Shown in pieces: positions 23,745-39,892 of a stretch of 64,000 bases of DNA (positions are counted from its first letter, which is position 1; the number at the start of each line of letters is the position of its first letter). This DNA is from the human T2T-CHM13v2.0 reference genome, Homo sapiens. The DNA is taken from contig CP068257.2 in NCBI GenBank assembly GCA_009914755.4, positions 34,656,001 through 34,720,000 of the forward strand, written 5' to 3'. The position numbers were made by a program, and so were the translations under genes. The notes under the pieces were generated by a model, which saw only the letters and a list, made by a program, of their open reading frames with translations, had not been told where the DNA came from and ran no database searches.

Positions 23745-24395
23745 TTTTAGAGTTAGAGTCTTGCTGTGTTGCCCGGGCTGGAGTGGACTGGCATGATCAT
23801 AGCTCACTGCAGCCTCGAACTCCTGGGCTCAAAGCAATCCTCCTGCCTCAGCCTCCTGAGTAGCTGGGGCTACGGGTGCACACTACCATGCCCAGCCAAC
23901 TTTTTGATTGTTTGTAGAGGTGGGGTGTATTAGTCCATTTTCACACTGCGATAAAGAACTACCTGAGCATGGGTAATTTATAAAGAAAAGGTTTAATCGA
24001 CTCACAGTTCTCCATGGCTGGGGAAGCCACAGGAAACTTACAATTATGGCAGAAGGCAAAGGGGAAGCAAGGCACATCTTACATGGTGGCAGGAGACAGA
24101 GTGAAGGGGGGAATTGTCACACACTTTAAACCATGAGATCTCATGAGAACTCACCATCATGAGAACAGCATGGGGAAAACCGCCCCCATGATTCAATCAC
24201 CTCCCACCAGCAACACGTGGGGATTACAATTCTATATGAGATTTGGATGGGGACACAGAGCCAACCCATATCACAGGAGTCTCACTATGTTGTCCAGGTC
24301 AGTCTCCTGGGCTCAGGCGATCCTCCTGCCTTGGCATCCCAAATTGCTGAGGTTACAGGTGTGAGCCACCACAGATGGCCTGATATTTTTTTCTT
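23745..24395 (-). mobile_element. AluJ-like element split by the THE1 LTR insertion (Alu parts 23745-23925 and 24291-24395)
   Basis: The 5' part reads gagtcttgctgtgttgcccgggctggagtggactggcatgatcatagctcactgcagcctcgaactcctgggctcaaagcaatcctcc … tagaggtgggg. The 3' part reads gagtctcactatgttgtccaggtcagtctcctgggctcaggcgatcctcctgccttggcatcccaaattgctgaggttacaggtgtgagccaccacagatggcc. Confidence 0.75.
23926..24290 (-). mobile_element. THE1-type (ERVL-MaLR) solo LTR inserted into an older Alu
   Basis: Reverse complement of the THE1 consensus. Hallmark strings include gtattagtccattttcacactgc, gggtaatttataaagaaaaggtttaat, gactcacagttctccatggctggggaagcc and gagatttggatggggacacagagccaacccatatca. The two halves of one antisense Alu flank it, at 23745-23925 and 24291-24395. 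Confidence 0.75.
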
Positions 24396-24739
24396 AGCCC
24401 CCAACAATGAGCTTCTGCACCCTCTTTGGAGACAACTGCTATAACTCAGTTTGTCCCAGAAGTAGGCCATATGTGGCCCTAGGACCAAAGGGTCGCTACA
24501 CCAAGGGCAGGCAGTGTTTTGGAAGGGCTGGTGTTTGCCAAGGGTGGCTGTGGCAAACAATGAGAACAGACTGGGAATTCTCACAGAGCAGAGAGTTGAA
24601 CACACGGATCTTCAGGGAGTGCCGGTGTGGGTGTAGCCCGTGTGTATGTGGGCAAGAAATGAGCCCTACCGCAGCAGCCAGGGTGGTGCTCAGGACTTCA
24701 TGTGCATGATTTTCTTACCACCCCTCAGAAAGTAAGGAC

Positions 24740-24850
24740 CCTTAGCCCATTCTACAAAGCCAGCAGAACTGAGGCTCAGAGAAGCAGGGTGAAGAATCGA
24801 AACCTAGGTCTCTCACCAGCGCTCTATGTTGTCAACCACAGTGCTGAGAA
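24740..24850 (+). mobile_element. MIR fragment
   Basis: ctacaaagccagcagaactgaggctcagagaagcagggtgaagaatcgaaacctaggtctctcaccagcgctctatgttgtcaaccacagtgctg matches the MIR core (…actgaggctcagagag…gattcgaacccaggtct…). Confidence 0.55.
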
Positions 24851-25218
24851 AGTTAAACAGGAACCAGATAGCCGGGGCTGTCTAGTCATGTGCAGAAGAG
24901 ACAGTTTCTGAGACTGCCCCACCCAGTTATGACTTCCTGCTAAACAAGCTCCTGCCAGGGCCACAGCAGAGGAGATGGGAGATCATACACAGAGAGGAGG
25001 TTCCCCACTTACAAGGCGTGATGAAGTGTGTTTTAAAGGAGAGCAAGCCTTACTTTCCAGTATTTGCACACAATGCTCAGTTGAAAATCAGTAGAAGTAG
25101 CTGGAATCATGGAGATCATTGATGAAGACTGTAAAGTTTTGAACAACTGTCTTGGGGAGCAGACAGTCTTCTGTGCTATTTGGTCTTAAATGCTCTGAGG
25201 TAAAAGAATGCAGCTGTC

Positions 25219-25527
<309 letters not shown>

Positions 25528-26445
25528 TTATGTATATTTTACCACAGTGAAAAAATTTAAAAACAAAACACTATGGGCTGAAAGTGGGGGCTGGGGAGAC
25601 AAGTGTGATTGTTCTGCAGCTGGAGAGAGCCGGGGCTCCCCCTTCTCTGATGAGCAAGCACCTGTCCCATCCTCAGAGGTGTTTAGAAGCAGATGAGAGG
25701 TAGCAAATTAAGCAGAAGCTTGCCCTTCAATGTTTTGGCTATAGAAATGGAAGTCACTTGACATTTTACCCTAAACTGATGTTATAATAATGACTTTTAG
25801 GAACAGATGGCCCTTTCTTTCTAGCCTCCTTCCTGGCGGCCACTTATCCATCTCTTCTGCCTCCTCCAACCACTCAGCGTTATCATCTCTTGCATTTCAT
25901 AACATATGCCATTCCATCTGCTTGATATTATTTTATCCTCCTCCTCCACCTGGCAGAGTCCTAGTTAAGTCATTTTTTGGTTTATTTAACAAATATGTGG
26001 GAACCAGGCTGAGTTCTGGTTTTGAGGAGCTTCTTGCTCTCTTTCTGTACTTCCTCAGGTACAGGGAGGGACTCTGCCATAGGGTGGCCCTATGATTAAC
26101 ATAGTTGCCCATTGCTGGCTGAGAGGTAGGAGCTGTTTTATGAAACAAACAGGGTCCATATCTTCGGTTCCTAGCGGTGTCTGGCATATATAGGTGCCCG
26201 GTACGTGACTAAACGAACATGAAGGTTGATGTATCTGCCCAAGGCGGTGCTAGAAGGAAGAGGGGAAGGTACTAAACCAAATGTTTAATCAATTAATTTG
26301 TAGGACTAGACAGGTGGGGGCTCAGAGAACAGTGGGTTTTCTGCCCCAAACTTGGACCTTTCATCATCTTAATAATCATCTCCCCGAGGCAGATGCTATT
26401 TCACTGATCACCCACCTTTTGCTCAGGAGGATGTTCTTCCTGGTA

Positions 26446-26748
<303 letters not shown>

Positions 26749-26751
26749 CTC

Positions 26752-26915
26752 TCTCTTTTTTTTTTTTTCTTTTGAGACAAGGTCTCACTTTGGCTTTGTT
26801 GCCCAGGCTGAAGTGCAGTGGCGTGATCATGGCCCACTGCAGCCTCGACCTCCCAGGTTCAGCCTCCTGTGTAACTGGGACCACAGGTGTGTGCCACCAT
26901 GCCCAGCTAATGTTT
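26752..26915 (-). mobile_element. Alu fragment
   Basis: T-rich + gagacaaggtctcactttggctttgttgcccaggctgaagtgcagtggcgtgatcatggcccactgcagcctcgacctcccagg. Confidence 0.7.
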
Positions 26916-27224
26916 TTTATTTTTATTTTATTTTATTTTATTTTTGAGATGGAGTCTGGCTCTGTTGCCCAGGTTGGAGTGCAGTGGCTCAATCTTGGCT
27001 CACTGCAACCTCTGCCTCCGGGTTCAACAATTCTCCTGCCTCAGCCCCCAGAGTAGCTGGGGTTACAGGCATCCACCACCACAACCAGCTAATTTTTGTA
27101 TTTTTAGTAGAGACAAGATTTCACCATATTGTTCAGGCTGGTCTCAAATTCCTGACCTCAGGTGATCTGCCCACCTCGGCCTCCCAAAGTGCTGGGATTA
27201 CAGGCATGAGCCACTGCACCTGGC
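26916..27224 (-). mobile_element. Alu
   Basis: (tttta)n, gagatggagtctggctctgttgcccaggttggagtgcagtggctc … ggattacaggcatgagccactgcacctggcc. Confidence 0.9.
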
Positions 27225-27225
27225 C

Positions 27226-27360
27226 TGTTTTTTATTTTTTGAAGAGACTGGATCTCCCTATGTTGACCAGGCTGGTCTCAAATTCCTGGGCTCAAGCAAA
27301 CCTCCCACCTCAGACTCCTAAAGTGCTGGGATTACAGGTGTGAGCCACCACACCCAGCCC
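27226..27360 (-). mobile_element. Alu monomer-like fragment
   Basis: gagactggatctccctatgttgaccaggctggtctcaaattcctgggctcaagcaaacctcccacctcagactcctaaagtgctgggattacaggtgtgagccaccacacccagcc. Confidence 0.7.
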
Positions 27361-27660
27361 CCTGACATGCTTTTTACCTCTTCCCTGCTGGTTCCAGGAC
27401 TACCCAGCTTCAGTCCAACCCCCCTAAAGCATCTCTGTGAAGACCACCCATGCTGTCTTCACTAGGCTTGTCCATAATTCTCGCCGGACCCTTTGACAAC
27501 CAAACAGGACTCGGTGCACAGCTGTACTTCTTGCAGCTCTTTGTGTTATATGAATGGTACTGTGTTAACTAAGGACTCAATTGAATAGTGTTCCACGTTT
27601 CTCCTCCTATTATGTTTTGTTTGTTTCCATCTTATCCAAGATAACAATCTAAATTTCATG

Positions 27661-27960
27661 CCCGGATATGGTGGCTCACGCCTGTAATCCCTATACTTTG
27701 GGAGAGATCACTTGAGGTCAGGAGTTCGAGACCAGCCTGGCCTACGTGGTGAAACCCTGTCTCTACAAAAAGTACAAAAATTAGCCAGATGTGGTGGTGT
27801 GTGCCTGTAATCCTAGCTACTTGGGAGGATGAGGCAGGAAAATCGCTTGAACCCAGCGGGGCAGAGGCTGCAATAAGCCTAGGTCACACTACTGCACTCC
27901 AGCCTGGGTGACAAAGCGAGACTCTGTCTCAAAAATAAATAAATAAATAAAATAAATAAA
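27661..27960 (+). mobile_element. Alu
   Basis: gcccggatatggtggctcacgcctgtaatccctatactttgggag … (aaat)n tail. Confidence 0.85.
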
Positions 27961-28343
27961 TTGTGTCAGGAAACAGACAAGTTGTTTAATGTTTTGGGAG
28001 GGGTAGCTCTTGTGGCCAGCTGAAGACGATGATTGGCCTAATAGCAATCGATTTGGTTAATACTATTTGAAATGCTTGTTCCCTGGTGCCATAAAGAAAT
28101 AGCACTTGAACATACATTTAATTTACTCAGCAAGGCCATTTTTACTTCCTGCAGAAAAGGTACACTCGCCAGCAGTTTTGCCATGAGAGTACACCAAACA
28201 AAGGAGACAGGGTCATTTATACTGCTGTGTCCGGTTTCCATTGGCTGGAACGGGACCTCACATTCTGTATTTGTCCCGATTGGCTAACAACTTAGAACTT
28301 TTTAAAAGAGGCAAAAGGTGGAGGAGAACAAAGGAAGGAGGAA

Positions 28344-28696
<353 letters not shown>

Positions 28697-28932
28697 CTAA
28701 TGCTTGCTTGGACCAGTATAAGCATGCCAGGGCAAATATTTAGGCTAAATTGTGGGAGCTAAGAACTTAAAGTACATTGATTATCATGGCTAGCAGATAT
28801 TTAAGAATGTTAGCACAGGTCTTTGAATAAATTTTGCTTCTAAGAGAAGTTACTATTTATTCCTAATTAAATGGGGAGGAAAGTCTTTGAAGAGGAACCT
28901 CTACTTTACTTTTTACAATATGTACATATGAA

Positions 28933-29232
28933 GCTAGGCAGGCACCATGACACACCTGTAGTCCCACTTACTCAGGAGGCTGAAACAGGAAGATGATTGA
29001 GACCAGGAGTTTGAGACAAACCTTGGCAACGTAGCAAGACCACATCTGTACAAAAAGTCAGAAAATCAGCTGGGCATGGCTGCACAAACCTATAGTCCCA
29101 GCTACTCAGGAGGCTGAGGCAGAAAGATAACTTGAGCCCAGGAGTTCAAGGCTGAGGTGACTTATGATCGAGCCATTGCACTCTAGCCTGGGCAACAGAG
29201 TAAGACCCTGTCTCAAAAAGAAAAAAAAAAAT
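28933..29232 (+). mobile_element. Alu (old, AluJ-like)
   Basis: gaagctaggcaggcaccatgacacacctgtagtcccacttactcaggaggctgaaacaggaagatgattgagaccaggagtttgag … A-tail. Confidence 0.8.
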
Positions 29233-29369
29233 CTGCATAATCAATATCACCAGCAAGGTAAAAGATAAATGGCAAACTGAGAAAAATATTTCAGACTCCT
29301 GTCACAAAGTGCTTATTTCTCCAATACTTGAAGAATGCCTACCAAAAAAAAAAAAAAAAAAAGAAAAGA

Positions 29370-30150
29370 AAAATGGGCAATGGATATGAGTAGGGAGTTT
29401 ACCAAAAAATACAATTGGCCTTTACACATGTAAAATATGCCAAAATTTACAATGTTAGAAAAAAATAAAAATTGTTCTGAGATATTATTCACTGATCATT
29501 TGCAGGTATCAATAAGGGAAAACAGGATACTCCATATATTGCAGGTAGGAATATAAATTGGTTCAACCTCTCTGGAGGAAATTTGGCAATTTCTATCAAA
29601 ATTACAAATGCATGTACCTTTTGACCCAGAAAATCTATTTCCAGGAATTTATCTGATATATGTGCATATGCACAAAATGACTTATGTACAAGTTATTCAT
29701 TAAAGTAGTACTGGCCAGGTGCGGTGGCTCATGCCTGCCTGTAATCCCAACACTTTGGAAGCCCGAGGCAGGTGGATCACCTGAAGTCAGTCAGGAGTTC
29801 AAGACCAGCCTGGCCAACGTGGTGGAACCCCGTATATACCAAAAATACAAAAATTAGCCAGACATGGTGGCATGTCCCTGTAATCCCAGCTATTCAGGAG
29901 GCTGAGGCAGGAGAATCTCTGAACCCGGGGGGTTGGAGGTTGCAGTAAGCTGAGATCGTGCCCCTGTACTCCAACCTGGGCGACAGAGTGAGACCCTGTC
30001 TCAAAATAAATAAATAAATAAAATATAAAGTAGTACTGATAGTAGCATAGGTTTGGAGACAAACTCCGTGTTCTCCAGTAGGAGACTGGCTAAATAAATT
30101 GTGACACATTAATTTAATGGAATATTATGAAGATGCAAAATACTGTGAGG
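29370..30150 (+). mobile_element. Old L1 ORF2-end fragment split by an Alu insertion (L1 at 29370-29713 and 30026-30150)
   Basis: cttttgacccagaaaatctatttccaggaatttatctgatata resembles the L1 ccatttgacccagcaatcccactactgggtatatacccaaagga block. It continues after the Alu as ctggctaaataaattgtgacacattaatttaatggaatattatgaag, like the L1 ctggataaagaaaatgtggtacatatacaccatggaatactatgcag block. The Alu TSD is aaagtagtactg. Confidence 0.5.
29714..30025 (+). mobile_element. Alu inserted into an L1 fragment (TSD aaagtagtactg)
   Basis: ggccaggtgcggtggctcatgcctgcctgtaatcccaacactttggaagcccgagg … (aaat)n tail. Confidence 0.9.
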
Positions 30151-30157
30151 AAGCTCT

Positions 30158-30455
30158 TTTTTTTTTTTTTTTTTTTTTTTCTGAGATGGAGCCTCGCTCT
30201 GGAGACTGGAGAGCAGTGGCGCGATCTTGGCTCACTGCAACCTCTGCCTCCCAGGTTCAAGCAATTCTCCTGCCTCAGCCTCCTGAGTAGCTAGGGTTAT
30301 AGGCATGCACCACCATGCCCGGGTAGTTTTTGTAGTTTTAGTAGAGACGGGGTTTCACCATGTTGGCCAGGCTGGTCTTGAACTCCTGACCTCTGGTGAT
30401 CCACCTGCCTCGGCCTCCCAAAGTGCTGGGATTACAGGTGTGAGCACTGGCCAGA
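30158..30455 (-). mobile_element. Alu
   Basis: T-run (about 26 nt), ctgagatggagcctcgctctggagactggagagcagtggcgcg … ggattacaggtgtgagcactggccag. Confidence 0.9.
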
Positions 30456-30560
30456 GGAACTTCTTAATAGCCTTGTCTTTTGGCACCCATGGGGCACAGT
30501 TTGTGCAGTGAATCGGCTGCGTGTGGCCGCAGCCCTTTTTGGCAGGACCATTATTCCTTT

Positions 30561-31062
<502 letters not shown>

Positions 31063-31342
31063 AGTAGTTTTTATAATTTAAAAAAATCCTTTTATACCAA
31101 CCTCTTATAAGTTTAACCTCTACTTGATTGCCTTCTGCTTCTCTTATATGAGTAAGACTTGGGAATGTAGAATTAACTTCACAGTATGTTACTATTGTGT
31201 AAAAAAAAAGTGGGGAAGTGGGACGGGCAAGAATTTGTATGTATAGGTATGTATTTGCTTAGACATGGATAGACTATTGTCTATTCCTATTGCTGCTGTA
31301 ACAGATTACTGCAAATTTAGTGGTTTAAGACTACAGAAGTCC

Positions 31343-31859
<517 letters not shown>

Positions 31860-31877
31860 TCAGCAGTCAAATAATCT

Positions 31878-32405
<528 letters not shown>

Positions 32406-32494
32406 CTATATTTCATCTTCAACCTGACTAACCAGCACTCCCCACTTCCTGGCCCCCATCCACCAACTTATCCTTAAAAAACCCCAGTCTCCAG

Positions 32495-32578
32495 GCGGAG
32501 GTTGCAGTGAGCTGAGATCGCGCCACTGCACTCCAGCCCAGATGATAGCGCAAGACTCTGTCTCAAAAAACAAAAACA
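32495..32578 (+). mobile_element. Alu 3' fragment
   Basis: ggcggaggttgcagtgagctgagatcgcgccactgcactccagcc…gactctgtctcaaaaaacaaaaac. Confidence 0.7.
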
Positions 32579-32788
32579 CCCAGTCTCCAAATTTTCAACT
32601 GTCGACGAAAAGAATCAAACTCTGTAAAATATGTGAAGAGATTTATTCTGAGCCAAATGCAAGTGATCCTGGCCCATGACACAGGCCTCAGGCTCAGGAG
32701 GTCCTGAGAACATGCGCCCAAGGTGGTTGGGGCACATTTTAGGAAGGCATGAGAAATCAATCAAATACATTTGAGAAATACATTGGTC

Positions 32789-33030
32789 AGCTGGTCGCGG
32801 TGGCTCACGCCTATAATCTTAGCACTTTGGGAGTCCAAGGTGGGTGGAACACCTGAGGTCAGGAGTTCGAGACCAGCCTGGCCAATAGGGTAAAACCCCA
32901 TCTCTACTAAAAATACAAAAATTAGCCGGGCAAACTCAGGAGGCTGAGGCTGGAGAATCTCTTGAACCCAGGAGGCAGAGGTTGCAGTGAACTGAGATCC
33001 CGGCAAGAGCGAAACTCTATCTCAAAAAAA
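32789..33030 (+). mobile_element. Alu with internal deletion
   Basis: ggtcgcggtggctcacgcctataatcttagcactttgggagtccaagg … middle shortened … gaaactctatctcaaaaaaaag. Confidence 0.8.
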
Positions 33031-33215
33031 AGAAATACATTGATTTGGTCCAGAAAGGCAGGACAACTCAAAGTTGGCGGGGGGTGGGTGGTGGGCAGGG
33101 GTTTGAGGCTGTAGGTAAATTTAAACATTTTCTGGTTGACAATTGGTTGAGTTTGTCTAAAGACCTGGGATCAACAGAAAGGGAATGTTCAGGTTAAGAT
33201 AAAAGATTGTGGAGA

Positions 33216-33678
<463 letters not shown>

Positions 33679-33950
33679 CTATGTTAATAGAGATTCTTTA
33701 CAGATGCAAATTTCTCTCCACAAAGGACGGCTTTTCAGGGCCATTACAAAATATGGCAAAGAAACATGTTTTGGGTTAAAATTTTTCTTCTTTGTCACCT
33801 AATGTTATGCCAGAATCAGATTGGAAAGTAAGTCACAATATATAGGGTTAAGTAAAACCTGTCTGATGAGAATTTATGGTTTGTAGGGCATGAATCCCCA
33901 GATCCCTTAGATAGGAATTTCATCACGATAAGAAAAACATCAGCATTTTA

Positions 33951-34241
33951 AGCTGGGCTTGGTGGCTCACGCCTGTAATCCCAACAGTTTGGGAGTCCAA
34001 GGCGGGCAGATCACCTGAGGTCAGGAGTTCCAAGACCAGCCTGGCCAACATGGCAAAACCTTATCTCTACTAAAATTACAAAAATCAGCTGGGCCTGGTG
34101 GCGTGTGCCTGTAATCCCAGCTACTCAGGAAGCTGAGGCAGGAGAATTGCTTGAACCTGGGAGGCGGAGTTTGCAGTAAGCTGCACTCTGGCCTGGGCAA
34201 CAGAGCGAGACTCCCTCTCAAAAAAAAAAAAAAAAAAAAAT
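33951..34241 (+). mobile_element. Alu
   Basis: gctgggcttggtggctcacgcctgtaatcccaacagtttgggagtccaagg … 21-nt A-tail. Confidence 0.9.
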
Positions 34242-34507
34242 CAGTGCTTAGTCCTCACAACTTTTGGGGAGACTGAATTTGGGTAACAATAAAACTCCAT
34301 TCAGTCAGCTCTGTGTGAATTAAACCCTTTCTCTATTGCAATCCCTCTGTCTTGATAAATCGGCTCTATCTGGGCAGTTGGCAAAATGAACCCGTTGGGC
34401 AGTTACAATTCCCTTTTGCCATATATGTTTACATTCACAGGTTCCAGAGATTAGGATGTGGCTATCTTTGGGGGTCATTATTCTGCCTATTAAATAAAGT
34501 CTATGGG

Positions 34508-34871
<364 letters not shown>

Positions 34872-35193
34872 CTAGACCCAACAGACTAAAACAAAAATGG
34901 AGTCACTCATGCCAAAGTTGCACGTCACCAAGCAAAACTAAGTTGTTCATTTGATGCAAATGGGCCAGTTTTAGCCGGCATAATAAGGAAGTCCCCTCTG
35001 TTTGCCCTTACAAGGAAAGTAACCTGAAGTAACCAGATACTAATCAACCTACTTTTTGTATTTGCTGTTTTCTTGTTCCTGCTCATGTTACCTTCCAAAC
35101 CCGACTGTTCTGCCGTGCCCAACAGAGCACCTGTGTTTTTAGATGAGATGCTCCCCATTCACGCCTCACAAACAAAGCCAATTATATCATTAA

Positions 35194-35834
<641 letters not shown>

Positions 35835-35878
35835 TGAAGAGCTAAGAGCTAGAAAACACACTTTTTTTTTTTTCTTGA

Positions 35879-36192
<314 letters not shown>

Positions 36193-36194
36193 GG

Positions 36195-36440
36195 GTCTCC
36201 CTTTTTCACCCAGACCGGAGTGCAGTGGCACAATCAGGGCTCAGTGCAGTGTTGACCTCCCGGGCTCAATCAGTCTTCCCACCTCTCCCTCCCAAGTAGC
36301 TGGGACCATAGGTGCACACAACCACACCCAGCTAATTTTTTTTTTATTTTTGTAGAGACAAGGTCTTGCTATGTTGCCCAGGCTGGTCTCAAACTCCTAG
36401 GCTCAAGCAATCCACCTGCTTCAGCCTCTTAAAGTGCTAG
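36195..36440 (-). mobile_element. AluJ-like element lacking its own 5' end (about 30 nt)
   Basis: gggtctccctttttcacccagaccggagtgcagtggcacaatcagggctcagtgcagtgttgacctcccgggctcaatcagtcttcc … ggtctcaaactcctaggctcaagcaatccacctgcttcagcctcttaaagtgctag. Confidence 0.85.
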
Positions 36441-36752
36441 AGGGGACCCGGTGGCTCACGCCTGTAATCCCAGCACTTAAGGAGGTTGAGGCGGGTGGAT
36501 CGCTTGAGCCCAGGAGTTTGAAACCAGCCTAGGCAACATGGCAAAATCCCATCTCTACAAAACAAACAAACAAACAAAAAAACATACAAAAATAAGCTGG
36601 GTGTGGTAGCACCCTGTAGTCCCAGCTACTTGGGAGGCTGAGAGGTGAGAGGATCACTTAAGCATAGGAGGTTGATGCAGCAGTGAGCTGTGATCGTGCC
36701 ACTGCACTCCAGCGTCGGCGACAGAGTGAGACTCCGTTTCAAAAAACAACCC
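36441..36752 (+). mobile_element. Alu (sense) directly abutting the previous antisense Alu head-to-head
   Basis: aggggacccggtggctcacgcctgtaatcccagcacttaaggaggttgaggcgggtggatcgcttgagcccaggagtttgaaacc … (caaa)n mid-linker … gactccgtttcaaaaaac. Confidence 0.9.
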
Positions 36753-36916
36753 CACCCCCAGAAAAACCCTCATGAATTCATAGTGATATTTCTGATTCAC
36801 AGAAAATTCAGATTTGACTTTTTGTTCTTTAGACTTACACGTAAATTTGAATTTGTCTGATATGAGCAGCACAGGTGCGTGGCTGAGCAACTGCTGTGGT
36901 CAGGAAGTCCCCATAA

Positions 36917-37280
<364 letters not shown>

Positions 37281-37734
37281 CATTACATCTTTTACATCCC
37301 TGATTTTGATTTCTTCCTACAAGTAAATATGTATTTAAAATTCATCATCATCTTATGTTAATATAGACAGACATTTTGTTTGTCTAATGTTTGTTCTTTG
37401 GAAGATTCCTAAAAAAGAAATCATGAGAACAATATTTCTTGAGTTATTGCATATTGATGACAGTTTGTGGCCTTTATCTTGAATCTCACTTTGGCTAATT
37501 ATAAAATTCTTGGCACATATGTTCTTTCCTTCAGTTTATTAAAAAATATATACTATTGAGTTTTCTTTTGGCCTAAAGCACTGCTGGCAAAGTTTGATGA
37601 TAGTTTGATCTTTTTTCCTTTACAAATAACTTGGTTATTTTGCCTGGATTTATAAGAAATTAAAGTCCAATAATTTTACTAAAGTAAGCCTTGGTATTGG
37701 TGGTTCTAGGTCAGTTTCTTCAGACATTTACTGT

Positions 37735-38193
<459 letters not shown>

Positions 38194-38484
38194 TTTTTTT
38201 TTTTTTTTCTGAGACAGAGTCTTACTCTGTCGTCCAGGCTACAGTGCAGTGGCATGATCTCAGCTCAATGCAACCTCTGCCTCCGGATTCAAGTGATTCT
38301 TGTGCCTCAGCCTCCCGAGGAGCTGGGATTACAGACATGTTTCCACCACACCCAGCTAATTTTTGTGTTTTTAGTAGAGATACCATGTTTACCAGGCTGG
38401 TCTCGAACTCCTGACCTCAGGTGATACATCGGCCTCGGCCTCCCAAAGTGCTGGGATTACAGGTACTCACCACCACGCCCAACT
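38194..38484 (-). mobile_element. Alu
   Basis: T-run, ctgagacagagtcttactctgtcgtccaggctacagtgcagtggcatg … ggattacaggtactcaccaccacgcccaac. Confidence 0.9.
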
Positions 38485-38486
38485 AA

Positions 38487-39087
<601 letters not shown>

Positions 39088-39134
39088 TAAAGAGAAGTCA
39101 CATCGAGCAGTGGAAGTGGAGAAAGAACAAATAA

Positions 39135-39638
<504 letters not shown>

Positions 39639-39892
39639 CCATATCTCATTTTTGTATTAAATTAGTTTTCCTGACATTTATCGACGTCGTTTTTCCTTTG
39701 ACCCTATTGATTCCCTGCTGCTTGGTTGGTTTTCTTCCCAGTACTTTCATCCCATGTGGGGCTTTGTCCTGGAAAGGCACGCTGGTTGGTTTACTTTTCA
39801 GAATCTGAGTGGGCCAGACTGCTCCTGCTCCCTGAGTCCTAGCTACAGTCTGGTGGTTCTCATTCATTGGTATAGGCGCCATCTTGCTGTTG

